From the NCBI GenBank assembly GCA_002430735.1, contig DJCV01000011.1, positions 19,612 to 83,611 of the forward strand: DNA of 64,000 nucleotides, read 5' to 3'. The notes under the pieces were generated by a model. That model saw nothing but the letters and a program-made list of their open reading frames with translations, was not told the DNA's origin and did no database searches. The stretch is from Candidatus Woesebacteria bacterium UBA5941 (GTDB taxonomy: Bacteria; Patescibacteriota; Microgenomatia; UBA8517). Below are positions 1 to 8,645 of the stretch, piece after piece. A program made the position numbers and the translations under genes. Within the stretch, counting starts at the first letter, position 1. The number at the start of each line of letters is the position of its first letter.

Positions 1-27
1 AGGAAGAAGTGTTAGCGTCGTTTCCAT
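1..27 (-). CDS. 5' end of a gene running off the left edge (METTLTLLP...), probably co-transcribed with the ThiF gene
   Basis: ATG at 27, 2 nt after the ThiF stop, open to the window edge; only 9 codons visible. Confidence 0.4.
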
Positions 28-29
28 AC

Positions 30-1085
30 TCACAGCTTAATATCTATCCGTTCGTGAACATACTTTCTCGTGTCGTTATGACTAATAATATGTTTGACCG
101 CGACAGTTCCAACAACCCCTCCCAAGAGCGCTGCAGTTCCCAACTGTGACCATGATATCAACTCTCTATTTAGCACCTTTTCAACTGACTTGGTAACACG
201 CGGATGGACGTGCTCCTCTCCACCAATAATATCTTCAAGGATAAGTGCACCAATATCTGAAAGGCTCTTAATATTTGAAAGCTTCTCATTCCAGTACTGT
301 TCAGGTTTACCGAAAAACTGGTCATACCCTAAGTCATATCGCTCAATATGGAGAATTACTCCATCCGCATTATCAGTAATCATAAGAACAGGGACTTTGT
401 ATTTTTTGGCAATTTTGCGAATTTCCATCTTTAGACCGATGTTATCAATTTCTTCAAAAATCATCGTGATTTTTTTTGCTTCAAGCATTTCACTTAGCCC
501 TTCGATTGAAATACCGTGGTCGAGCACATGCACTGTTAAAAATGGATTGTTCTCATACATTCTCCGGGCGGCTATTACTGATTTGTTTACACCAACCAGT
601 GGCAACCCCGCAGGAAGACGATTCAAATTGGTTGTATCAAGTTCATCATAGTCTGCAATGGTAATCTCGCGAGAAATCCCCGACTGCACCAACGTGTATG
701 CAATGTTGCTCCCGACGCTTAATCCAAAAACAGCAATTTTTTCATCGTAAAGCCTTTTTTGTTCCTCTGGGGTTACGAGATCTCTGTTTCTATTTGTAAT
801 GAGTTCGAAGTATGGATCACTGGTAACTGACTTTACGCAACGGTTAAGCCAGGGATAGTAAATATAAACAAATTCATTCTTTTTTCTGTTTTTATATTCT
901 TCAAAATGAGCGCTACTGTATACAGCCTCTTTATCACTCCCAATAAATTCTCCATTCTCGATAAAGTACAACTCTTTCAATTGCCGTTCAAACACATCGA
1001 GCAATTCAACTGATTTGTGTGCTTTGAGAAACGCTTCTCCAGACTCCGGAGTAAATACTGTTGGTGTGTGATCCATTGTATTCAT
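30..1085 (-). CDS. ThiF/E1-like adenylyltransferase, Rv1355c/MoeY-like, without a fused nitroreductase domain
   Basis: YYPW...NRNRDLVTPEEQKRL...IAVFGLSVGS, ADYDELDTTNLNR, GVNKSVIAARR match the ThiF ATP-binding motifs and the Rv1355c-type N-terminal extension. Confidence 0.85.
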   Translation of the reverse strand: MNTMDHTPTVFTPESGEAFLKAHKSVELLDVFERQLKELYFIENGEFIGSDKEAVYSSAHFEEYKNRKKNEFVYIYYPWLNRCVKSVTSDPYFELITNRNRDLVTPEEQKRLYDEKIAVFGLSVGSNIAYTLVQSGISREITIADYDELDTTNLNRLPAGLPLVGVNKSVIAARRMYENNPFLTVHVLDHGISIEGLSEMLEAKKITMIFEEIDNIGLKMEIRKIAKKYKVPVLMITDNADGVILHIERYDLGYDQFFGKPEQYWNEKLSNIKSLSDIGALILEDIIGGEEHVHPRVTKSVEKVLNRELISWSQLGTAALLGGVVGTVAVKHIISHNDTRKYVHERIDIKL

Positions 1086-1096
1086 TTTTTTGTATT

Positions 1097-1119
1097 AAAA
1101 AAACCCGCTTTTTGCGGGG
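1097..1119 (-). terminator. Intrinsic terminator-like hairpin immediately upstream of the ThiF start
   Basis: Minus strand CCCGC-AAAAA-GCGGG followed by a T7 tract. Confidence 0.7.
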
Positions 1120-1134
1120 TGACGAGTAGAGAGC

Positions 1135-1176
1135 TTACAGAAGCTCTTCTGTTTTTTCTGTCATACTCTGTGACAT
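1135..1176 (-). CDS. Putative 13-aa leader or precursor peptide MSQSMTEKTEELL
   Basis: ATG at 1176 to TAA at 1135-1137; stop lies inside hairpin AGAGCTT-CTGT-AAGCTCT; below the ORF-track cutoff. Confidence 0.35.
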   Translation of the reverse strand: MSQSMTEKTEELL

Positions 1177-1210
1177 GTTTCTTGCATATGGTACAGCTTT
1201 TTACGGCAGA

Positions 1211-1249
1211 AGAAAAGACTGCTAGTTACCAAGTAACATCACAGTCTTT
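1211..1249 (-). terminator. Terminator of the major pilin gene
   Basis: Minus strand AAAGACTG..GTTAC-TTG-GTAAC..CAGTCTTT followed by a T-rich tract, just after the pilin stop. Confidence 0.6.
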
Positions 1250-1265
1250 CCTTATTTCTGGCTAA

Positions 1266-1790
1266 TTACCGTGTTACTGAAATAACACCTGATAATTCTC
1301 CACTGGCTGTCGCAATTAAGCGTCCGTTCGTATCACGATACACTGTGTATCCCGTATTTGCAGCAGTTCCTGTTGAAGGATCCACTGGAATTGCAGCGAT
1401 ATATGTTGGAACAACAAGTTCTTGTTGACCTACAGCAGCTTCAATTTCTCCGGCTGCGCCTAAGTTAAAGCAGCTTCCTCCAGTTCCAATACATGTTGGA
1501 GTTGACGGGAAACTGTTAACGTTCGCATCTGTGTTGGTATCTGGTAAGTTACCATTGTGTTCAGCTGCGAATTGATAAATTGCGTTTGTGATACCAAGAA
1601 GATCAGCACGTCGTTGAGAATCACGAGCTTGTGCAAATTGTCGTCCTGGATTAACAGCAACTAAAACGATCGCTGCTAAAATTCCGATAATACCGATAAC
1701 AACGAGCAATTCGATAAGGGTGAATCCTTCGCGTACTGAAGTTTTTCGCATCAAGGTGAGACCAGCTATTTTTTTATTTTTCATGTTCAT
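1266..1790 (-). CDS. Type IV major pilin (prepilin)
   Basis: Class III signal G|FTLIELLVVIGIIGILAAIVLVAVNP, RDSQRRADL, Cys pair, YIAAIPVDP; strong SD AGGAGGTGA at 1807-1815; own terminator. Confidence 0.9.
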   Translation of the reverse strand: MNMKNKKIAGLTLMRKTSVREGFTLIELLVVIGIIGILAAIVLVAVNPGRQFAQARDSQRRADLLGITNAIYQFAAEHNGNLPDTNTDANVNSFPSTPTCIGTGGSCFNLGAAGEIEAAVGQQELVVPTYIAAIPVDPSTGTAANTGYTVYRDTNGRLIATASGELSGVISVTR

Positions 1791-1837
1791 GGCAGTTATG
1801 ACTGGTTCACCTCCTCTTTCCTTAGTTGTACAAGGTT

Positions 1838-2095
1838 TTAGAGTGGCGCGTCAAGTGGAGGGGACACTTTAGTATTCAAATTGCTATAAACACTATCCAG
1901 TTTATCCTGATTTATACGAGGAGTGCCGCTTTGGAGGAGTGATTCGTCTACTTCATTTGAGACACGAAATGCTGAAAAAATAGTCTGAGCAGTGAAAGCC
2001 ACAAGTAAGGCTATCACTAGTAATACTAAACCAAGTCCTCCAATTGACACTAGTCTACTGGAACTGGTGCTGCGTTGTGGTGTTGTTGCTCTCAT
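1838..2095 (-). CDS. Small single-TM protein of the pilM-pilO operon (PilP-position)
   Basis: One hydrophobic helix; tightly coupled to the upstream PilO-like gene. Confidence 0.65.
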   Translation of the reverse strand: MRATTPQRSTSSSRLVSIGGLGLVLLVIALLVAFTAQTIFSAFRVSNEVDESLLQSGTPRINQDKLDSVYSNLNTKVSPPLDAPL

Positions 2096-2096
2096 A

Positions 2097-2633
2097 CTAA
2101 AAATTCGTGTATAAAAATCCTCCGTATTTCACTGTCACCGTACTGTCTACTTCATTCGTGGTGAGTGCGAATGTCACGGGACGAATAAATACTTTTAGTT
2201 TGCTTACTGCGATTAATGTATCGCTAATGGCTTGCTTTGTTCCAGTCAACGTGATTAAAAGGGGCAATCCCTTTAAACCAGCCTTGTCGGAAATTTCTGC
2301 TGTTACCGGAAACTCATAATTCGTAAGTACTCCCGATTTTTTAATTTCATCAAGACTAGAAATTACTGAAATAACAGTATTATCTCCCGATAACGTACTG
2401 GTGATTTGATTTATTTTTTCACCGTTTTTCTCAAGTTCCGACTGTAAGACCGCACTATCAACGGCTGCCTCAGATGCTTGAATTTCAGTTGACAGGGTTT
2501 TTACTTCTTGTGCTTTAACTGGCAATTGGCGAAGCAATATAAGTATACCCATGCAAATAACGAGATTTACTACATTCACGGCAATCACTTTAAATAAAAC
2601 GGGTGAGATTTTTTTCTTTTCGGTAATTTCCAT
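2097..2633 (-). CDS. PilO-like type IV pilus alignment protein
   Basis: N-terminal TM, coiled coil, ferredoxin-like C-terminal pattern; follows the PilM-PilN gene. Confidence 0.6.
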   Translation of the reverse strand: MEITEKKKISPVLFKVIAVNVVNLVICMGILILLRQLPVKAQEVKTLSTEIQASEAAVDSAVLQSELEKNGEKINQITSTLSGDNTVISVISSLDEIKKSGVLTNYEFPVTAEISDKAGLKGLPLLITLTGTKQAISDTLIAVSKLKVFIRPVTFALTTNEVDSTVTVKYGGFLYTNF

Positions 2634-2635
2634 AA

Positions 2636-4030
2636 TTACTTTTTATAATCCATCTGCATACTAAATGGGATACTGGCTTCAGTTAACAAACTTGAAAGCG
2701 GGACTGTGACTTTAGAAAATTCAGGCGCATCTTCAAGTACTTGTTTCAGTTTTAAAAGATCTGCTCGTGATTCAGCGATACCGCTAATACTTACCTTACC
2801 TGTTTCGATATTTACATCATAAGCGAGAATTGTTGTTGTCGGGATTCGTTTTTGTTCAATACTATTTACAGGAACTTGCGGGTACGAGATTGCTTTTATA
2901 ACTGCGTCTAATTTATTCGTCGCGGCGTTCACCTTCGTGATTTCGCTCGATACTGCCGTTAAAGAAGGTTGCCCTGATACGACTTCCTTCGGCGTATTTT
3001 TCTTCGACTGCAATGCAAGTGCTTCTTGAGACAGCAATGTGTATGTCCCAAGAGCCGCAAGGAAGCACATAAACACAACGACAGACCATACAAGCGTTAA
3101 CGTCCAAAGCCTGAAATCTCTCATCTGATTTTTGTAGTGAACAACCCACGCAGGAGGAAGCAAGTTGATCGAGTATGCATTTGAAGGCTCTTCTGGATTA
3201 ATCGATTGTTGAGAGATCGCAATAATATAGTGCTGTATATCACTTTCGCTTAGCCCTGTTACTGAGAGTTTTAAACCTTCAATGGGAAGATTCAATTTAA
3301 CTTGTATTGCGTTCAAAAACTCTTTGGTGAGGCCATTTCCACAAACAGCAACCTTTGCAATGTCATTTTTATTAAAGCGTGCGAGAATCTGTGCGAGATT
3401 CGCAACAACAAGCTGGTCATCTGCATTATTAATAACACTCGTGGCGAGCACTTTTTTCCCCGAGATAACGGTTGCAACAATCGTTCCTTTAGATCGATAT
3501 ACGACGAGCTTCCCTTCGGCATTTCCTTCCGCAATCCGCTCCAAACAAAGTGACGTCGTCTCCACAAATACCGGAAGCAATCCGGCAGCATCAACGGCAC
3601 CCACGAATCCAGAGAGGTCACCTACTTCAATTGCAACGAGTAACACTTCGTAAGAGTCACTTTTCTCGCCAATAATTTTCCAATCAAGCACCATTTCCGA
3701 TCCTTCATGAGGCAAGAATTCTCTTGATTGCCAGCGGACTGCTTCATCAAGTTCAGATAATGAAACACGAGGAAGTACGAGTGTTTTCATAAAAGTAGAA
3801 AACTCAGGGAGAATTAAGCCTATTGCTTTTTCTTTCAACCGCTCCTTTTTCCAAATCATTTTCAAAAGGCCAGCAAACTCTCCCGGCTTTTCTACTTTTC
3901 CTTGAGAGACGATGCCGTCAGGTATTTCGTAAGTAGCGGCTTTGACGACATGCTTTCCCTCCTTAGAAGTCTTTACAATCTTTAGCTTATGATTACTAAC
4001 TGATACAGAAACAAATGATCGACGATACAT
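2636..4030 (-). CDS. pilM: Type IV pilus assembly protein, PilM-PilN fusion
   Basis: Actin-like PilM N-terminus (IPDGIVSQGKV, ELDEAVRWQ, LDWKII, AGL) then PilN signature INLLPP, TM helix and GKVSISGIAESRADLL domain. Confidence 0.85.
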   Translation of the reverse strand: MYRRSFVSVSVSNHKLKIVKTSKEGKHVVKAATYEIPDGIVSQGKVEKPGEFAGLLKMIWKKERLKEKAIGLILPEFSTFMKTLVLPRVSLSELDEAVRWQSREFLPHEGSEMVLDWKIIGEKSDSYEVLLVAIEVGDLSGFVGAVDAAGLLPVFVETTSLCLERIAEGNAEGKLVVYRSKGTIVATVISGKKVLATSVINNADDQLVVANLAQILARFNKNDIAKVAVCGNGLTKEFLNAIQVKLNLPIEGLKLSVTGLSESDIQHYIIAISQQSINPEEPSNAYSINLLPPAWVVHYKNQMRDFRLWTLTLVWSVVVFMCFLAALGTYTLLSQEALALQSKKNTPKEVVSGQPSLTAVSSEITKVNAATNKLDAVIKAISYPQVPVNSIEQKRIPTTTILAYDVNIETGKVSISGIAESRADLLKLKQVLEDAPEFSKVTVPLSSLLTEASIPFSMQMDYKK

Positions 4031-4127
4031 GGGCAGAATGTTTATTTATTATAGCTGGATGGGATTAATACACAAAGGCAGATCAAATATGAGACACGAT
4101 GTATACTTAACTTATACATACTGCCCC

Positions 4128-5459
4128 ATGAGAACGCGTATTCATTCAGGAGAAATTTACATTGGGGTTGTAATCTCTATTGGTATCTTCATCATGCTTT
4201 CACAAGCTGTGGTTTTGCTTTCAAATACCGGTTATGAATTGATTGGATTTACCCGTGCTCGGAATGCAGCGCGCACCCTTGCGCTCACTAAGATGGAGTA
4301 CGCACGGAATCTCCCATACGATAGCGTTGGGACAGTCGGAGGCATCCCATCTGGAACGATTGCACAAAATGAAACGATTTCATTAAATGGACAACAATAT
4401 GTAGTACAAACCACGGTTCTTTATGTTGATGATCCGTTTGACGGCGTGAGCCCTATTGATACCGTTCCGAACGACTATAAAAGAGTTCGTATCGAGGTCA
4501 CATGGGCGGGACTTGGACCCCGATCAACCAAATCTGTCCTCGTGAGCGATATTGCGCCTAAAGGAGTGGAAAAGGTAACAGGTGGGGGAACGCTTTCCTT
4601 CTTAGTGTTTGATTCCACTGGAACCCCAGTCTCAAACGCTTCTGTTACTATCGCAAGTAGTGGACTCACTCCACCAGTCAACCAATCGCTTACTACGAAT
4701 GATAATGGAAGAATTGTTGTACCTGGTGCCCCTGCATGTGTGAAATGCTATCGAGTGACTGTAACAAAATCAGGGATGAGTACAGATCGGACGTATGGAG
4801 CAAATGAAGTTGCAAACCCTGCGAAGCCAGATCTCACCGTAACGGTCGGTGGGCTTACCGATATGAGCTTTACGATTGATAACTTGGCTACGCTTACTAT
4901 TTCAACAGTCGGGGAGAAGTCTCTTGGATTTCCGTCACTTCCTTCACAATCACTCTTGTTGATTGGCCAGAAAATTATTGGGACAGATACCCTCGATAAT
5001 CCCGTATATAAATACTCACAGGCGGTTACCACTGATAGTGGCGGAACACTGACCCTCAGCAATATGGAATGGGATATCTATACGATTCAACCAGCAACAG
5101 CATCAGCACGGGTTGTGAGTGGAACTAACCCACTTGTCCCGCTTCTTCTTTCACCAAGTGCTACCACCAATATCGCAGTGAGCCTTTCACCACGAACAAC
5201 ACATTCCTTGCTCGCCGCGTTTGTCGATGCGAGCCGCAATCCAATTGCCTCTGTTGCTGCAACGCTTATAGATAATGGCACTCCAATTGCAACCATTTCA
5301 GGTGGTTTGAACTCAGATCCAGATTACGGTCAAGGCTTTTTCTCTGGTCTGAGCGCAAAGACCTACACGATTGAAGCAAGCGCTTCCGGGTTTCAACCGA
5401 TTTCAAATCCGGTGTCCGTAAATGGAACTGACTATGATGAACTTATATTAAACCCATGA
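4128..5459 (+). CDS. Minor pilin (PilV-like N-terminus) with carboxypeptidase-regulatory-like beta-sandwich repeats
   Basis: Likely start MRTRIHSG|EIYIGVVISIGIF; ALTKMEYARNLPYD, DYKRVRIEVTW; repeated GTLSFLVFDSTGTPVSNASVT-type modules; start moved from 4029 to avoid overlap with pilM. Confidence 0.75.
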   Translation: MRTRIHSGEIYIGVVISIGIFIMLSQAVVLLSNTGYELIGFTRARNAARTLALTKMEYARNLPYDSVGTVGGIPSGTIAQNETISLNGQQYVVQTTVLYVDDPFDGVSPIDTVPNDYKRVRIEVTWAGLGPRSTKSVLVSDIAPKGVEKVTGGGTLSFLVFDSTGTPVSNASVTIASSGLTPPVNQSLTTNDNGRIVVPGAPACVKCYRVTVTKSGMSTDRTYGANEVANPAKPDLTVTVGGLTDMSFTIDNLATLTISTVGEKSLGFPSLPSQSLLLIGQKIIGTDTLDNPVYKYSQAVTTDSGGTLTLSNMEWDIYTIQPATASARVVSGTNPLVPLLLSPSATTNIAVSLSPRTTHSLLAAFVDASRNPIASVAATLIDNGTPIATISGGLNSDPDYGQGFFSGLSAKTYTIEASASGFQPISNPVSVNGTDYDELILNP

Positions 5460-6070
5460 GACACCGTAACCAATCTGGATTCACTTTAGTAGAAACAAGC
5501 GTAACAGCCATATTATTAGTTACCCTTGCTGCAGGGATTGTTGGCTTACAGTATATTTTAGGGAACATTCAAGTAAATACTTTTCAAAGCTTCACGAATG
5601 TAGAGGCGGCGAGTGGAGCAATCAATCGAATTGAGCGAGAGATCCGCACTGCACGCCAGGGTGATAATGGGGCATTTCTTCTCGAGTCTGGGACAAACAA
5701 TTCGCTCACGTTTTATTCGGATGTTGATGCAAACGGATCTACGGATAAAGTAACGTACAGTTTGTCCGGAACAACGCTGACTCGAAGCGTTATCAGGCCA
5801 ACAGGATACCCCGTGACATATCCACCAGGAACAGCACAAGTGACGACTGTCACTGACATTATGCGAAACGGAGCAACTCCCCTTTTTACCTACTACAACG
5901 GAAATTGGCCAGGGGACACAACAAATAATCCTCTCGCAACACCAGTTAATCTTTCGAATGTAAAAATGATCCGCATTTATATCCGACTAAATAACAAAGC
6001 TAATGATAGTAGAAATGATTATATTCTCGACACGAGTGCAACCATTAGAATGGTTAAAACAAACCTATGA
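5456..6070 (+). CDS. Minor pilin, PilW/PulJ-like
   Basis: G|FTLVETSV prepilin motif, RIEREIRTA helix. Confidence 0.85.
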   Translation: MRHRNQSGFTLVETSVTAILLVTLAAGIVGLQYILGNIQVNTFQSFTNVEAASGAINRIEREIRTARQGDNGAFLLESGTNNSLTFYSDVDANGSTDKVTYSLSGTTLTRSVIRPTGYPVTYPPGTAQVTTVTDIMRNGATPLFTYYNGNWPGDTTNNPLATPVNLSNVKMIRIYIRLNNKANDSRNDYILDTSATIRMVKTNL

Positions 6071-7443
6071 AACGAAAATTAATACAAGGAACTATTACTC
6101 CAGCCCTCATTGTTATAACCGGTGCATTTTTAGTAGTCATTTACGGGCTATTGTTTCTGCTTGTGTTGCAGGTCGACTTTAGCAATAGAAATTTAGCGAG
6201 TGAGAGTGCGCTTTCGCTTGCCGAAGCAGGAATTAATTATTACCGTTGGCATTTAGCACATGATCCGGCAGACTTTACAGATGCAACAACAAGCGCAGCA
6301 CCCTATGTTCATACGGTTACCGATCCGTCAGGAGGTGTCCTCGGCACATATAGCCTGACAATCACACCTCCTGCGAGTGGATCTGCAATTGTGACAATTA
6401 AATCAGTTGGAGCGTCATCGCTGTACTCAAAAGTAACCAGAACAATTACTGCCCAATATGGACGCCAATCATTGGCTAAGTATTCATTTTTACAAAACGC
6501 TTCAGCCTGGTATGGCTCTGGAATTACTGTCAACGGTGATATCCACAGTAATACCGGAATTCGAATGGATGGAACGAACTTGTCGAAAGTAACAAGTGCA
6601 AATACAACTTACACCTGTGGCAGTGAAACGGGGTGTAGCCCTTCCCAAAGTAGACCTGGAGTGTGGGGTTCAGGTGGAGATCAAACTCTCTGGCAATACC
6701 CGGTACCTTCTGTTGACTTTAATGCCATATCGTTTGATTTTGCTCAAATGAAAACGGCAGCGATTGCAAACGGACAGTGGCTTGGTGCGTCAGGTGCCGC
6801 TGGTTACCATTTAATTTTCAATTCCAACGGAACATATACCATTCGCCGGGTTACTGGAACGAACTACTATGACGCATATGATGCTGATAATGGATGTCAA
6901 AGACAGTATCAACGAATTACCAGCGAGACACAGATCGCAACAGGTTCTGTCTCTCAAAAACCAATCTTATTCTTCGAAGACACGTTGTGGGTGGAAGGAA
7001 CAATAAATGGAAAGGCGACAGTAGTGGCAGCAAAATTCCCCGTGCAAACAAGTAACACAAATATTTGGATTCCTACAAATCTTAATTATTTAGCATACGA
7101 CGGAAATCACAGACTCGGACTGATCGCTCAAACTGATATTTACTTTGCACGCGACATTCCCACAAACTTTCGAGTTGACGGTGCACTCATGGCACAGAAA
7201 GGGAAAATTATTAGGCATGGATATATTAGTAGCTGTGGAAGCACAACCAATGCAGTCAGAAACAGCTTGACGATTAACGGTGCGATTATTTCGTATAACA
7301 AGTCCTATTGGAATTTTAATAATCCTGTTGTTTCTGGTTTCACAACACGAACGATTAACTATGACACGAGATTACTCTATGAGCCTCCTCCATACTTTCC
7401 AGTTACTGGTGACTATGAATTCATAAGCTGGAAAGAAGAATAA
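6067..7443 (+). CDS. PilX-like minor pilin with large C-terminal beta domain
   Basis: QG+hydrophobic helix without E5, ALSLAEAGINYY, GDIHSN, YDTRLLYEPPPYFP C-terminus. Confidence 0.75.
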   Translation: MKRKLIQGTITPALIVITGAFLVVIYGLLFLLVLQVDFSNRNLASESALSLAEAGINYYRWHLAHDPADFTDATTSAAPYVHTVTDPSGGVLGTYSLTITPPASGSAIVTIKSVGASSLYSKVTRTITAQYGRQSLAKYSFLQNASAWYGSGITVNGDIHSNTGIRMDGTNLSKVTSANTTYTCGSETGCSPSQSRPGVWGSGGDQTLWQYPVPSVDFNAISFDFAQMKTAAIANGQWLGASGAAGYHLIFNSNGTYTIRRVTGTNYYDAYDADNGCQRQYQRITSETQIATGSVSQKPILFFEDTLWVEGTINGKATVVAAKFPVQTSNTNIWIPTNLNYLAYDGNHRLGLIAQTDIYFARDIPTNFRVDGALMAQKGKIIRHGYISSCGSTTNAVRNSLTINGAIISYNKSYWNFNNPVVSGFTTRTINYDTRLLYEPPPYFPVTGDYEFISWKEE

Positions 7444-7448
7444 CGATT

Positions 7449-7502
7449 TTGCAATTACTTCAGTTATAGGATACAATACGGAGCTCATTTAATAAAAAGG
7501 GG
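7449..7502 (+). promoter_or_regulatory. Sigma70-type promoter and SD of an orphan cassette
   Basis: TTGCAA(7449-54)-17-TACAAT(7472-77); AAGGGG before the ATG at 7509. Confidence 0.6.
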
Positions 7503-7508
7503 AAGATA

Positions 7509-7916
7509 ATGCGTAAGAAAGTGCTAATCATTTTCGGTTTCGGCGTGATGCTGTCTATAGGTTTCCTGATCGGTCGAGCGAGCCACCCGGTGCCAGTGAA
7601 TGCTGAACCAGTGGCCATCCAAGAACATACCCCGGAACAAATATTTCCCGTCATCGAAATCGGACAAGAATTCCGGCTAGCGGAGTTCGTTCCACCACGC
7701 GTCGTTGCGGGCATTTTGTCTGCTGGTGGATATGTTCGGCTTGAAACAAAAAGCGAAATTTTCCAAGATTTTGAGGTCATGCTGCCGACGCAGTATCAAG
7801 TAACATATAGCGCGAAACCGGGACGATGTGCGTTTAAGCTGGTGGAAGCAAATATGGCCATCATTTCGCTCCCACCAAATGGCAGTGGGGACTGCTTACC
7901 CATAAGCGAGCGTTAG
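7509..7916 (+). CDS. Orphan exported or membrane-anchored protein with a Cys pair
   Basis: Basic plus hydrophobic N-terminus; own promoter, SD and terminator. Confidence 0.65.
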   Translation: MRKKVLIIFGFGVMLSIGFLIGRASHPVPVNAEPVAIQEHTPEQIFPVIEIGQEFRLAEFVPPRVVAGILSAGGYVRLETKSEIFQDFEVMLPTQYQVTYSAKPGRCAFKLVEANMAIISLPPNGSGDCLPISER

Positions 7917-7934
7917 CCTCAATTTACCTGAGCA

Positions 7935-7966
7935 GGCCTGTGATATTTTGTCACAGGTCTTTTTTT
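7935..7966 (+). terminator. Intrinsic terminator
   Basis: GGCCTGTGA-7-TCACAGGTC followed by T7. Confidence 0.8.
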
Positions 7967-8645
7967 ATGGCGTTTGAGTAGCGGTAGGGAGGCAGAGTTC
8001 ATTTCCGATGACAGTTCTCCCCGTCTGTTGATTCCCTGGATCGTTACAATCGGGTGGGAGAGGGGTAGCACTGCTACCGGGAGTAGGCGTTGGAGTAGTT
8101 GTCGGTGCAGGAGTTGGAGGATCCGCACAATAACTTAATTTCCAATGGGTGCACCAACTTGGACCACCACCATTTCCCCCACCTCCACTTCCTCCACCAG
8201 AACCACCTGATCCTGCAGGAGTGGGCGTTGGAGTAGGGAAGTATTGACTCACGTCTCCCCCACCATTTCCTCCTCCCCCGCCGCCGACACCATCTTCTGC
8301 AAGCACCGCATTACCAAGTTCATCGTTTCCAACGTTCACTGTTGCACTACCATTAGTCACCTCCGCATTCTGTGCCCAATTTGCATAGTAATATTCAAAA
8401 AGACTGGATGTTTTATCTCTCCCCCACAGTTCGGTACGGGTGCCTTCACTTGTCTGCCATACAGCGTTACCACTTCCGTCAATTTGTAACGAAATGCCAT
8501 TGCCTTTCAAGGTGATTGATTCGACTGGTTCAATCGGCGCTGCTCTTTTGCTCATTCCGTTTCTTGCTAAGAGCGTCACGAGTACGACGAGTGCAATTAC
8601 CCCAATGATAATTCCTCCGATGAGAAGTGGACTTGTTTTTTTCAT
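7965..8645 (-). CDS. Membrane-anchored Gly-rich and Pro/Thr-rich protein with small Cys motifs, last gene of the pilB-pilC operon
   Basis: N-terminal TM; poly-G and PT linkers; WCTHWKLSYC and DC...LC; start overlaps the pilC stop. Confidence 0.7.
   Translation of the reverse strand: MKKTSPLLIGGIIIGVIALVVLVTLLARNGMSKRAAPIEPVESITLKGNGISLQIDGSGNAVWQTSEGTRTELWGRDKTSSLFEYYYANWAQNAEVTNGSATVNVGNDELGNAVLAEDGVGGGGGGNGGGDVSQYFPTPTPTPAGSGGSGGGSGGGGNGGGPSWCTHWKLSYCADPPTPAPTTTPTPTPGSSATPLPPDCNDPGNQQTGRTVIGNELCLPTATQTP

Noticed and set aside
94-651. 185-aa plus-strand ORF and the many similar antisense ORFs in the track (e.g. 3282-3653, 23814-24374, 48177-48917)
   Set aside because: They lie antisense to well-supported genes and show shadow-ORF composition with no motifs
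4029-4127. N-terminal extension of the 476-aa ORF
   Set aside because: Overlaps the pilM start and promoter; ATG 4128 gives a proper prepilin-like leader
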